64,000 bases of DNA from assembly GCA_963796965.1 (NCBI GenBank), contig CAWCNS010000009.1, positions 608,001-672,000 of the forward strand, given 5' to 3'. The stretch is from Calditrichia bacterium. Lineage in GTDB: Bacteria > Calditrichota > Calditrichia > JAJRVZ01. Shown here in pieces: positions 1-10,401 of the stretch (positions within the stretch are counted from its first letter, which is position 1; each line of letters starts with the position of its first letter). The notes below the pieces were generated by a model, which was not told where the DNA came from, made no database searches, and worked only from the letters and a program-made list of their open reading frames with translations. Position numbers and translations under genes: made by a program.

Positions 1-579
1 TTAAATATTGCCGGCATTGGTGATCTTCTTTCCATGCACACAGCAACCTACGATTGGGAGATTGCTGAGCAGGAGGGACAATCCAACTACCCCTTCTCAA
101 ACAGGGATATACAAAATGCAAGAAATATTCTTACTGACCTCTATGGGCGTCTTACCGATATCAGGGAAGTATCGGACTCCGGCCTTCGATCAATCGTTGA
201 AGGGTATATGCGTTTAAATACTATCTGCTTGCCGGCAGGCCATTATCGTGTTGAAGAGGGATCAGAGCACTTTCTATTTTATGAACTCGAAGAACGTTTG
301 CAACATGCATTTATTCATGGTCATATTGTTGGCCTGGGAATATATTTAATGAGTCGTTTACAAAATAATCAGGTTGAAGAGATTACAGGTATTATGGATG
401 AGGTAGGATTAGAATATCATCCTGGCGGGATGGAAATTCAAAAGAAAAATCTTATTGACAGTCTTAAAAATCTAAGATTTTTCGTGGAGAGCAGAGATAA
501 TCTATGGTATACGGTTATTGATAAAACAGAAATGACTGATGATTGGATTTCTGAGGCCATTTCTGGATTAAAATTTTAA
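1..579 (+). CDS. Glycerol-1-phosphate dehydrogenase-like (iron/zinc alcohol dehydrogenase superfamily) protein, 5'-partial
   Basis: Frame 1 is open from base 1: LNIAGIGDLLSMHTATYDW...GSEHFLFYELE...HGHIVGLG, matching the AGxGD, GSEH and HG metal-binding motifs of EgsA/AraM-type enzymes. Confidence 0.7.
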   Translation, partial: LNIAGIGDLLSMHTATYDWEIAEQEGQSNYPFSNRDIQNARNILTDLYGRLTDIREVSDSGLRSIVEGYMRLNTICLPAGHYRVEEGSEHFLFYELEERLQHAFIHGHIVGLGIYLMSRLQNNQVEEITGIMDEVGLEYHPGGMEIQKKNLIDSLKNLRFFVESRDNLWYTVIDKTEMTDDWISEAISGLKF

Positions 580-610
580 TAATTTCCAGATGTAAATCCT
601 CAATTGGCAA

Positions 611-1270
611 TTGGTAATTAAAAAAGAGATTGATACAAAGATCTGGATAAATGTTCATAATTTTGAAGATTGGATAAATGCTGATTTTATTCTCACCAAT
701 TTGGAAGAAAGGGGTAAAAAACACTATGTTGATGCATCCGCCTTTCATAATTACAGCAATTCACCTGCATCACATATGAAAGATCTTTATCAGAAACATC
801 CAGACACAAAAATTGTATTTACGGAACATTCCGAATGGGGTGTTTTCGGTATGTACAATCTCCAACAATACTTCTGGAATTGGTCATCTTCCTATATGTA
901 TTGGGTTACAATGACTACTGCACAGTTAGACGAACACAATCAGAGTCCCTACAACAACGTGGATGACCTTTCACCCACCTTATTAATTGAACAAAAGGAT
1001 GATCCATCCAAATGGTATGTAACAGCAGAATATTATTTACTCTCCCACTTTTCAAAATTTATTCGACCCGGAGCCGTGCGCATCGCCTGTGACAAGGGAT
1101 CCGTAGACAGGATAATATTCGTTGGGTTTATTAATCCAAACAGTACCATAGTTCTCGTTGCTGTTAATCAGACTCAGATGACTCAATCTTTTACCCTGAA
1201 ATTTAAAGACCAGTGCTTAACAACTGCTCTGCAAAAAAAATGTATAGGAACTTATGTCTGGAAGAATTAA
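611..1270 (+). pseudogene. C-terminal fragment of a GH30 (glucosylceramidase-like) glycoside hydrolase
   Basis: AFHNY, IVFTE (nucleophile-like), YYLLSHFSKFIRPGAVRI and FINPNSTIVLVAVN are GH30 C-half motifs. In-frame stop at 593-595 and no room for the N-terminal half. Confidence 0.65.
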
Positions 1271-1326
1271 TTTTAAGAGGTATTAGAACTTCTAATACAA
1301 ACATGCTAACTAACTATGGATTATAA

Positions 1327-2175
1327 ATGAATGCTATATTACTATTATCCTGCCCCGATCGGAGGGGCCTTGTCTCACGAATCTCACACTTCATATACGA
1401 GCGTGGCGGCAATATTCTTGATCTGGATGAACATGTAGATCCGGAAGATCATATATTTTTTATCCGGGTAGCCTGGGATATGGAAAACTTTAGTATTCCT
1501 GCTGATCAACTTACAGAAGCCTTTTTACCTTTAGCCAAAGAATTTAAAGCTCATTGGGAAATCCGTTTTGATCAAAAGATACAGAATGTCGCCCTTTTCG
1601 TTTCCAAATATGACCATTGCCTTCAGGATATTTTATGGCGACATCAGATCAGGGAATTTAGGATGAATATTCTCCTTATTGTTTCGAACCATCCTGATTT
1701 AAAAAAATTAGCGGATCATTATAGAATTCCTTTTCATGTATTTCCCATTGACAAATCAAATAAAGACGATCAGGAAAAGAAAGAACTAAAATTACTATCA
1801 GAAAATAACGTTGATACTATTGTGTTAGCCCGATATATGCAAATATTATCCCCCAGGATGGTAGAACAGTATCCGAATCGTATTCTCAATATTCACCATT
1901 CATTTTTACCGGCATTTATTGGTGGAAACCCTTACAAGCAGGCTTACCAGCGCGGAGTAAAAATCATTGGTGCCACCAGTCATTATGTAACCCCAGATCT
2001 GGATGAAGGCCCCATCATTGAGCAGGATATTATCCGGATCTCTCATAAAGATACCCTCAAGGACCTGGTTCGAAAAGGCAGAGATCTTGAACGTCTGGTC
2101 CTAGCCAGGGCACTTCATCATCATCTTGAGGATCGCGTATTGGTTCACGGACACCGAACAATAATTTTTGAGTGA
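1327..2175 (+). CDS. purU: Formyltetrahydrofolate deformylase
   Basis: N-terminal ACT domain (CPDRRGLV), VLARYMQIL, NIHHSFLPAFIG, GVKIIGATSHYVTPDLDEGPIIEQ; 282 aa. Confidence 0.97.
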   Translation: MNAILLLSCPDRRGLVSRISHFIYERGGNILDLDEHVDPEDHIFFIRVAWDMENFSIPADQLTEAFLPLAKEFKAHWEIRFDQKIQNVALFVSKYDHCLQDILWRHQIREFRMNILLIVSNHPDLKKLADHYRIPFHVFPIDKSNKDDQEKKELKLLSENNVDTIVLARYMQILSPRMVEQYPNRILNIHHSFLPAFIGGNPYKQAYQRGVKIIGATSHYVTPDLDEGPIIEQDIIRISHKDTLKDLVRKGRDLERLVLARALHHHLEDRVLVHGHRTIIFE

Positions 2176-2386
2176 TTTTTCCAATCAATGATGGCTTAAG
2201 CCAGAGTATATTCTAATCATGGTTTATGCTTATTCTCAGTAGTTTAAAGTAGCGACGCGGTTAAGAGGGTGTGTGAGAAGAAGAATCAACCATGGAATCA
2301 CACAGATTTACACAGAAATTAAAAAAATTTATGGATTACTGTCTTACTTTATTTACTTAACTCACCAACTTAAATCAGGGTATAGT

Positions 2387-3110
2387 ATGAACAGAGTAAT
2401 TAATCGTGTTTTCTCCATTAATTTCTATTATTTTATAGCCTATCTTTTTACTTCCTCAATATATTCTCTATTCTCAAGATAGTACAAATACTGATCCTGA
2501 TCCTCTTCGTTTTGAGAAGCAGATTGAGATATTCATAGAATGGGACAAAAAGAACAGTTATCCTGAAAAGGCGGTATTATTTGCAGGAAGTTCGAGCATC
2601 AGATTGTGGCCTACCCACGAAGATTTTCCTGATATTCCCATAATTAACCGGGGATTTGGCGGTGCCCATATTTCCGATATGCTCTATTATTTCGATCAAA
2701 CAATTAGAAAATATCATCCGGCAATTATTGTTTTTTATTGCGGGGATAATGATATTGCCGGTGAAAAAACTGCTGGCAGGGTTTATAATGATTTTTTAAA
2801 ATTTATTTCTAAGATGCATGATTACCTTCCCGGTACAAAGTTAATATATCTTCCCATCAAACCTAGTTTCTCCCGCTGGGAGATGTGGTCGGAAATGCAG
2901 AAAACAAATCAATTAATAAAAGACTTAATTCAAAAAAATGATGATCTAATCTATGTTGATACTGCTAATCCTTTAATTTCTGCAGAGAGCAAACCCTCAC
3001 AATTTCTATTTATGTCTGACAGTTTACATCTAAACCAAAAGGGTTATAGAATCTGGCAATCGATTTTAAATCCAAGTTTGATGAAATTTTATGATCAGAT
3101 AAGTAAATAG
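2387..3110 (+). CDS. SGNH/GDSL-family hydrolase, exported; frameshift near 2440
   Basis: The 2604 frame extends upstream as DPLRFEKQIEIF..VLFAGSSSIRLW; motifs NRGFGG, YCGDND, DSLHLN. A signal-like N-terminus starts at ATG 2387 in another frame. Confidence 0.8.
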
Positions 3111-3281
3111 CGATCCCATCACTTTTTTGACAGCATTCCTATACTTTGCCTCCAAATGAAAATAAATATTCTCAATGAGAACAATAACGCGACTATATAT
3201 TTGAACAGAAATATAAAGTTGAATAAATTATAGGTCGAATAATTATAAGTAAATATACAATGCCATGTTCAGATTTATAAT

Positions 3282-5544
3282 ATGTTAAAGAATTTAATCA
3301 CAATACTTATTTTAATTTTGCCAGCATCTGGATTATTGATAGCGGCTGAGTCCTCCTCAGAATATTTGGTGGATCAGGAGGGTTATCGTTATATGGAAAC
3401 CAAAGAATCCGGCATGGATATAACAATTGACGGTGTTATGGATGAAACCGCCTGGCTAAATGCTAAATTTCAGGATCAATTTCTTCAGCGCGAACCAAAA
3501 TATGGTGAAAAGATTAGTGAAGAAACGCTAGTTGCTGTTCTCAAAGATGGGGATTATCTATATATTGGCATTAAATGCTATGACAGCCCTGTCTCTAAAA
3601 TAATCGCCAACGAAATGCGTCGTGATGCCCGGGTTGATAATGATGATTTTTTTGAGTTAATACTCGATACATTTCATGACCATCGAAACGGTTATTATTT
3701 TATTATTAATCCGAATGGGGTGAAGCGAGATGCAACAGTCGGTGATGAAGGAAAATCCTATAATCCCGATTGGGATGGTATCTGGGATTGTGCTACCGAA
3801 ATTACCGATGAAGGCTGGTTTGCAGAAATCGCTATTCCCTGGGAAACGTTGCGTTTTGATCCTAACCGTGACTCACTTTGGGGTATAAATTTTGCCCGAA
3901 TGATCCGAAGAAAAAATGAACACGCCTTTTGGCAGTTAGTGCCCCTCGACGCCGGACGTGGCGGATTGTTTCGTATTTCACAAGCAGGTGAATTACGTGG
4001 ACTAACCAATATTCAGGCCGGTGGGAATATTGATATCGAGCCCTATTTGATGGGTGGTATTTCCCGGAACCCCGAAGTACTGCAAACACAAAAGAATGTC
4101 ACAGAAGTGGGAATCGATGCCACTCTTGCTTTGACTTCTAATGTTAATCTTAAACTATCATGGAACACAGATTTTGCTCAGGTTGAATCAGACCAGGCCA
4201 TGGTTAATCTTAGCCGTTTCTCCTTATATTTTCCTGAAAAAAGAGAATTTTTTCTTGATGGTGCAGAGATTTTTAATTTTGGTAGTGCCAAGAGAAGAAG
4301 TGGGGGTGGTATCTTCGGGAATAATGTGAATCTTTTTTATAGTCGTCGCATTGGGATCGTTGAGGGACATCAACAGCCAATCGTAGGTGGGGCAAAATTA
4401 TTGGGTAAATTAGGTTCTTATCAATTTGGCTTCCTTAGTATGCAAACGGAGGGAATCACAGCCATTGAGGATGATTTATCAGTCAAATATGAAGGCGCCA
4501 ACTATTCAGTATTTCGATTACGAAAAGATCTGTTTAAACGCTCCTCTATTGGTGTAATGATGCTTAATAAACAATATAGTCAGTCCCCTCTTTATAACCG
4601 TTCGGCTGGTATTGACGCCATTTTTCCATTAACTGAAACGTTTACCCTCGCTGGAAATATCGCGGCATCTGTTGACCCTTTATACAAAATGGTTGGTCTG
4701 AATGATAAAAACATGGCTGGTTCTTTTTCAGCCTGCCTACGATTCCGATCTTTGGGAGCTCAGTCTATCACATCTTAGCATTCAGGAAAATTTTAACGCT
4801 GAAATGGGATTTATCAGAAGAACAGATATCCGGCGTACTTCCTCACAGATTCAATATTCACCAAGACCTGAGAATTTAAAGTCCATCCGTCAATTCGGCT
4901 ATCAGCTTCAATATGACTATACGACCGACCAACAAAATCGCATGTTAGAATACGATATCGGAGCCCGATTTTCAATAAACTTTCAGAATAGCTCAAGAGT
5001 ATTTCTTGGGGTGAGCCGCGAAATGGAATTTGTAGATGAAGATTGGGAGGTGAGGGAAAATATCTTTATTCCTAGTCAAAATTACGAAAGTTGGGAGTCT
5101 TTTGCCTGGCTTATGTCTGACGAGAGTAAAGATATATCAGGAGGCTTGTTTTTAATGTATGGTGATTATTTTGGCGGAAAACGATATTATGCAAGTCCGG
5201 AATTAATATTTAAAAATTTTAAACGTTTACGTGCTGATATTGATTTTACCTATATTAATGTCACACTTCCAAATGGTGATTTTGATATTCGAACGGTCGG
5301 AGCCAGGTTTTATTATTTTTTCTCAACCAAACTCTTCCTGAAGGCTTATTTACAATGGAATGATGATCAGAAAGCGAACGAAGGTGATCGTATCGCTCTA
5401 TCCAATGTTCTTCTTCGCTGGATTTACCGACCAGGTAGTGATATCTACCTCGTTTATAATGAGGGGTGGAATCTTGGCCCTCTTGGCAACCGGAATTTCA
5501 ACAGGACACTCTTGCTTAAGTTTACCTATTTTTGGAGAAACTAA
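3282..5544 (+). CDS. CBM9-like plus DUF5916 exported/outer-membrane protein; frameshift near 4733
   Basis: Signal peptide, IDGVMDE..W, FLQREP, NTDFAQVESD, FPEKREFFLDG, LFYSRRIG; C-terminal RWIYRPGSDIYLVYN..LKFTYFW. The two overlapping ORFs join into one protein. Confidence 0.85.
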
Positions 5545-5734
5545 ATAGCGCCCGGATAGATTTCTTCCCTTTTAATATTTAAGATTCAATTTATCTCTTT
5601 GAACTTTCCTTTCTTTTTAATATTTTTTCCAATACCAGATGTAGTAAATCTTCAGTCAATCGAATTCATATAAATAACTATTAACTCTCTGTTAATTTTT
5701 AATAAAATTTTCAGACCCATTCACGGAGGATTAT

Positions 5735-6790
5735 ATGCTTACCTATTTTATCAGAATCTTTATCATGATGCTAATTATCCCTGTTCTTCTCTACGCTCAG
5801 GACACACCCATGTGGAAAGCCCATGACTTAAACAGGCCTACACCAAAAATTATTACCCCGCCGGCACAATACCTGCCGGTAATGCCTCCATCCGATGCGA
5901 TCGTTTTGTATGGGGGTAAAGATTTGTCACAATGGGTTGGAATGGATGGTAAGGCGACAAAGTGGATCAATGGAGAGGGCTACTTCGAGAGTGTCAAAGG
6001 GAGTGGTTATGTACAAACCAAACAAGCCTTCGGCGATATACAGTTGCATATAGAATGGTCTGCCCCACTCCCGGCAAAAGGTCAGAGTCAGGGTCGCGGT
6101 AACAGTGGGGTTTTTCTGATGGGAAGATATGAAGTTCAGGTGTTAGATTCCTACGAAAATATTACCTATGCTGATGGCCAGGCCTCAGCCGTTTACGGAC
6201 AATATCCACCTCAGGTAAATGCAGCTCGTCCCCCGGGAGAATGGCAATCCTATGATATCGTCTTCCGCCGCCCCAGATTTAACAGTTTGGGTGTAGTGGA
6301 AAAGCCAGCACGTATAACTGTGTTTCATAATGGTGTATTAGTTCAGGATAATGTGAATCCCTGGGGTGGCACAAACTGGCAACGATACACCCCTTACCAG
6401 TATCATCCCGACAAATTACCTCTTTCACTTCAGGACCATGGAAATCCGGTCCGTTTCCGTAATGTCTGGGTCCGTGAGCTTTCTGAAGAACCTGAGCAAG
6501 CTCCTAATTATCTGCCGTCCATTACACTTAATGAAAAAGATTTAAAAAAATATACTGGAACATACCAGGACCAAAAGGGTGTGAAATACCAAATCATCCT
6601 TGAAGCAGACCAGTTATATTTAATTCGTCCCAATGACCGAAAAGACGATTTGATTATTCATACTAAGGATAAGTTTTCCTTAAAATACACGGCGATGGAC
6701 CTAGATTTTCAATTGGACAAAAATGGCATACCGGTAGAAATGACCCTTACCTTCACCGGAGATAATTTTAAATTCAAGAAAATTGAATAA
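5735..6790 (+). CDS. DUF1080 (3-keto-glycoside hydrolase/hydratase-like) protein with an extra C-terminal beta domain
   Basis: PPSDAIVL, QLHIEW, GNSGVFLMGRYEVQVLDS, LQDHGNPVRFRNVWVREL; signal peptide; RBS GGAGG; C-terminal LKKYTGTY domain. Confidence 0.9.
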   Translation: MLTYFIRIFIMMLIIPVLLYAQDTPMWKAHDLNRPTPKIITPPAQYLPVMPPSDAIVLYGGKDLSQWVGMDGKATKWINGEGYFESVKGSGYVQTKQAFGDIQLHIEWSAPLPAKGQSQGRGNSGVFLMGRYEVQVLDSYENITYADGQASAVYGQYPPQVNAARPPGEWQSYDIVFRRPRFNSLGVVEKPARITVFHNGVLVQDNVNPWGGTNWQRYTPYQYHPDKLPLSLQDHGNPVRFRNVWVRELSEEPEQAPNYLPSITLNEKDLKKYTGTYQDQKGVKYQIILEADQLYLIRPNDRKDDLIIHTKDKFSLKYTAMDLDFQLDKNGIPVEMTLTFTGDNFKFKKIE

Positions 6791-6896
6791 TCCAGATAAT
6801 GGGTGATTTACTTACAGGATCGTGATTAAGTCTTATAAATTCTTGCTGTGATACCATGCAAAGGTTAGAAAAAGAAGTTCAGAAAAGAGGGATAAT

Positions 6897-7788
6897 TTGA
6901 AGATACTTTTGATCTATAATCCTCATGCTGGTCATAAACGTGCACACAAGTTGCTTCCGGAAGTTGAAGCAGAATTCAACAGATATGATGTTAATTTTGA
7001 CCTCCAACTAACCGATTATCCGGAACATGGCATTGAGATTATCTCTCAGACAGATTTCTCAAAATACGATGGTATCATAGCCGCTGGCGGAGATGGCACT
7101 ATTTTCGAGGTAATAAATGGTTATTATAAAAATAATCAGTCACAGAAACCTCCTTTGGGTGTTCTTCCTGTAGGAACAGGTAATGCATTCGCCCGCGATC
7201 TGAACTTACACACGGATCACTGGAAAGACGCAGTAAAGATCATTAGCCAGAATCGCACCAAAGGTGTCGATGTTGGACACTTCAAAACCCACGGTCAGGA
7301 TTATTATTTTTTAAATATTCTGGGCGTGGGTTTTGTTGCTGATGTAACACAAACGGCCCACAAATTGAAGTTCGTTGGCAACATATCCTATACTTTAGGT
7401 GTATTGTACCGCACCATCTTTTTAAAGCCTGACAAAATGAAGATCTATCTGGATGATAATTTAATTGAACGTGCCTGCACATTTATTGAGGTTTCAAACA
7501 CACGCTATACCTCGAATTTTCTGATGGCGCCAGCTGCTAAAATTGATGATGGATTATTTGATATAACCATTGCCGGACAATTCGGGCGGTTAAAACTATT
7601 ACAAAGTTTCCCAAAAATCTTCACGGGAGAGCATATCAATTTAGAATGAGATTGAAACCTATCAGGCAAAAAAAATTAAAATAGAAAGCGAGATATCAAA
7701 AGTGCTGACACCTGATGGTGAGTTGGTGGGAATTACGCCTGTTGAGATTAATTGTTTACCAAAGGCAATCGAGGTGTTTTGGAAATGA
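6897..7788 (+). CDS. Diacylglycerol kinase family lipid kinase (YegS/BmrU-like); frameshift near 7647
   Basis: IYNPHAG, AAGGDGTIFEVING, PVGTGNAFAR, DDGLFD. The shifted frame continues EIETYQAKKIKIE..TPDGELVGITPVEI..FWK* and ends at 7788. Confidence 0.88.
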
Positions 7789-8492
7789 GGTTTCCTCAGT
7801 CGGTATACCTCTGGTTAGTGGCTTCTGTATATTTTATATCATTTTTGTTCATCGCCCTGGGGGTGTCATTTCTTTTTAGGCCCGAGAGATATGACCCCTG
7901 GCTTAAAAAAATCTTACGCTGTTTTTTCAAGGTACTTCGTATCCCTGTAATAGTCGAAGGATCAGAACAAATTGATCCCACAAAATCTTATCTGTTCATG
8001 TCCAATCATGTCAGTTTGTTTGATATTCCTTTACTTGGGGGCTTTGTTCCGGGATTGGTCCGGGGATTAGAAGCACAACGCCAACATCGTTGGCCATTGT
8101 ACGGTTGGGTAATGGGGCGGTTGGGAAGCATTCCTATAGAAAGAGAAAACATTCACAGCTCCATCAAATCCATGAAGAAAACTGCAAATGCCATCAATGA
8201 GGGTCTTTCTATAATCATTCTACCTGAGGGACATCGCACTCTTGATGGAAATCTCAAGCCATTTAAAAAACTACCATTTTATTTAGCAAAAAAGATTGAT
8301 AAGGATCTTGTTCCCATTGGACTTTCAGGACTCTTTACCTTAAAGCGTAAAGGATCCTGGCACATACAACCAATCACAATAAAATTGAAGATTGGCAAAA
8401 GAATATCCCGTGAAAAAATTGATGCACTTTCAACACACGAATTAAGAGATTATGTGAGAGACAAAATAAAGGATCTTGTTGAGGAACCTTAA
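7785..8492 (+). CDS. plsC: 1-acyl-sn-glycerol-3-phosphate acyltransferase
   Basis: NHVSLFD (HxxxxD), LPEGHRT, PFKK; ATG 7785 overlaps the upstream stop (ATGA). Confidence 0.85.
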   Translation: MRFPQSVYLWLVASVYFISFLFIALGVSFLFRPERYDPWLKKILRCFFKVLRIPVIVEGSEQIDPTKSYLFMSNHVSLFDIPLLGGFVPGLVRGLEAQRQHRWPLYGWVMGRLGSIPIERENIHSSIKSMKKTANAINEGLSIIILPEGHRTLDGNLKPFKKLPFYLAKKIDKDLVPIGLSGLFTLKRKGSWHIQPITIKLKIGKRISREKIDALSTHELRDYVRDKIKDLVEEP

Positions 8493-8620
8493 CTCTGAAT
8501 TTATAATTTACTTTTATCTTTGTCCCACCTACGGTGGTGCATGCTAAAAAATGTTTACGATTTTCATTTGCATATAAGTTTTTTAAAAATAATAGTGACA
8601 GCTGGTATGATCAGATTGGA

Positions 8621-8880
8621 AACCACAAAGATATACAGAAGATACACAGAATTTAATTTGTAATACTTTTGTATATATATTTTTAAAACTCTGTGTGTCT
8701 CTGTGTAATTCTGTGGTTAAACAATTATTGTTAAAGACCCCGTGAAACGGGGCGGGCTCGAAGGGCGAGCGCTAGGTACTTTGTGCATTTTCCCGACAAA
8801 AGTCGGGATGGAGGATTTCATCCCGATATGGCTACGTGATGTAGACATATATATCGGGGCTTAGTGCTCTTTGTGTTTAA
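8621..8880. repeat. Intergenic cluster of inverted repeats/hairpins
   Basis: AACCACAAAG..ACACAGA / TCTGTGT..CTGTGGTT arms (8621-8718), CCCCGT-GAA-ACGGGG (8738-8752), GCTCG-N5-CGAGC, TCCCGAC-AAAA-GTCGGGA (8791-8808), CCCGATAT..ATATCGGG. Confidence 0.75.
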
Positions 8881-9034
8881 AAAGCAGATAAACAATTAAG
8901 TAGATCATTATAAAACAGACAGCGTCTCTACAATTTTTAAATGGGTAATAGACATAGATGAGAGGAGCCATTGAATATATTTTTAACAAACGTGTATGTA
9001 TAAATAACTCTAAATTTCAAACAGGGAGGAAAAA

Positions 9035-9904
9035 ATGAATAATATTCTGGTAATTGCAGGTGTACTTTTTATAATTCTATTTTTATTTGGTATGCGTATC
9101 ATCCGACCCACGCAAAGAGGATTAGTTGAACGACTAGGTAAGTACCGTAAGTTCGCCATGCCTGGATTTCATTGGATCATTCCGGTAATCGATCAAATGT
9201 ATAAGATTAATGTGACAGAAATAATGATCGATGCACAACCCCAGGAAATTATTACCAACGATAATCTAAACGCTTCGGTCGATGCACAGGTCTACTTCAA
9301 GATCAAAGAAGACGAAGATAATGTTAAACGATCTCAGTATAATGTCAATGATGTGCAGCGCCAGATCGTCAACCTCGCCAGAACAACACTCAGAAATATT
9401 ATCGGAACCCTGACATTAAAATCAGCCAATAGTGAGCGTGGCAAAATAAACTCTGAACTCCATCAGGTATTGATTTCTGAAACCAAAAACTGGGGTATTG
9501 ATGTTGTACGGACCGAATTAAAGCAGATCGATCCGCCAAAAGATGTTCAGGAAACGATGAATAAGATCGTTAAAGCTGAAAACGAGAAAATTGCTGCTGT
9601 GGATTATGCAACTGCTGCTGAAACTGCTGCCGATGGTGAAAAGAGAGCTTCCATTAAACAAGCTGAAGGTATTAAAAGATCTCAAATATTAAAGGCCGAA
9701 GGTGAAGCAGAGGCAATCCAGTTGGTGAACGATGCCGCCAATAAATATTTTATTGGTAATGCCCAGTTACTAAAAAAATTAGAAACCGTTCAAAAATCAT
9801 TACAGGATAATGCCAAAATCGTTATTCCAGCAGATGGTGAGTTGGTTAATGTTATTGGTGATCTTTCTGGGGTGTTGCCCTTAAAGAGAGACAAAAATAA
9901 TTAA
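9035..9904 (+). CDS. SPFH/band 7/stomatin family membrane protein
   Basis: N-terminal TM helix, VERLGKY, QEIITNDN, TTLRNIIG, WGIDVVRTELKQIDPP, alanine-rich coiled coil; RBS GGGAGG. Confidence 0.93.
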   Translation: MNNILVIAGVLFIILFLFGMRIIRPTQRGLVERLGKYRKFAMPGFHWIIPVIDQMYKINVTEIMIDAQPQEIITNDNLNASVDAQVYFKIKEDEDNVKRSQYNVNDVQRQIVNLARTTLRNIIGTLTLKSANSERGKINSELHQVLISETKNWGIDVVRTELKQIDPPKDVQETMNKIVKAENEKIAAVDYATAAETAADGEKRASIKQAEGIKRSQILKAEGEAEAIQLVNDAANKYFIGNAQLLKKLETVQKSLQDNAKIVIPADGELVNVIGDLSGVLPLKRDKNN

Positions 9905-9923
9905 ATTCGAAAATTGCCCGACC

Positions 9924-9951
9924 GTATCGGTGCGATTAATCGCACCGTTAC
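9924..9951. repeat. REP-like perfect palindrome
   Basis: CGGTGCGATTAATCGCACCG (9928-9947) is a perfect 20-bp palindrome flanked by GTAT and TTAC. Confidence 0.7.
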
Positions 9952-10073
9952 AGAAAGAGCATTTACCGATATTTTTTTCGATATAATATAACCAAGGGAA
10001 TAAAAATAAAATTATCGCGTATTAAAATATTAACAATCAAAGAAAATAAACATTTTATCAAGACAATTTTGAT

Positions 10074-10238
10074 ATGACTAAATTTAAGACCCTTTGCGAC
10101 CTCGATAAAAAAGATATTGAAAAAAAATTGGAAGATATTACAAAGATCGTTCTTAATCCCAATTATATTTGCCGCAAATGCGCCCGGGCGTCCAATAAAA
10201 AAGATTATTTGTGCAAACCACAAAGGATTAAACTTTAA
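10074..10238 (+). CDS. Small 54-aa four-cysteine protein, putative metal binding (not in the ORF track)
   Basis: Manual translation: MTKFKTLCDLDKKDIEKKLEDITKIVLNPNYICRKCARASNKKDYLCKPQRIKL*; C-x24-CxxC-x10-C. Confidence 0.75.
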   Translation: MTKFKTLCDLDKKDIEKKLEDITKIVLNPNYICRKCARASNKKDYLCKPQRIKL

Positions 10239-10299
10239 AAAATCGAATCCAGTATTCCATCATCTCATTCATATAAACATTCATACCATTTGCATATAA

Positions 10300-10350
10300 G
10301 TGCAAGGAAATAATTTTTTCCTTGCACACTCCTGCAAGAATAAGTATTTT
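10300..10350 (+). promoter_or_regulatory. Candidate sigma70-like promoter with an overlapping inverted repeat
   Basis: TTGCAC (10322-10327)-N17-TATTTT (10345-10350); GTGCAAGGAAA-N6-TTTCCTTGCAC inverted repeat at 10300-10327. Confidence 0.4.
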
Positions 10351-10401
10351 AATTAGACCAACTCCCCCTTTTAAAAAGAAATTACTATAAGGTTCCCAAA
10401 A

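Noticed and set aside
2273..2482. 69-aa ORF
   Set aside because: It is a chimera of a repeat arm and the frameshifted signal peptide of the SGNH hydrolase.
9963..10299. Track ORFs 9963-10223 (-) and 10117-10299 (+)
   Set aside because: Both overlap the more convincing four-cysteine ORF at 10074-10238 and lack motifs.
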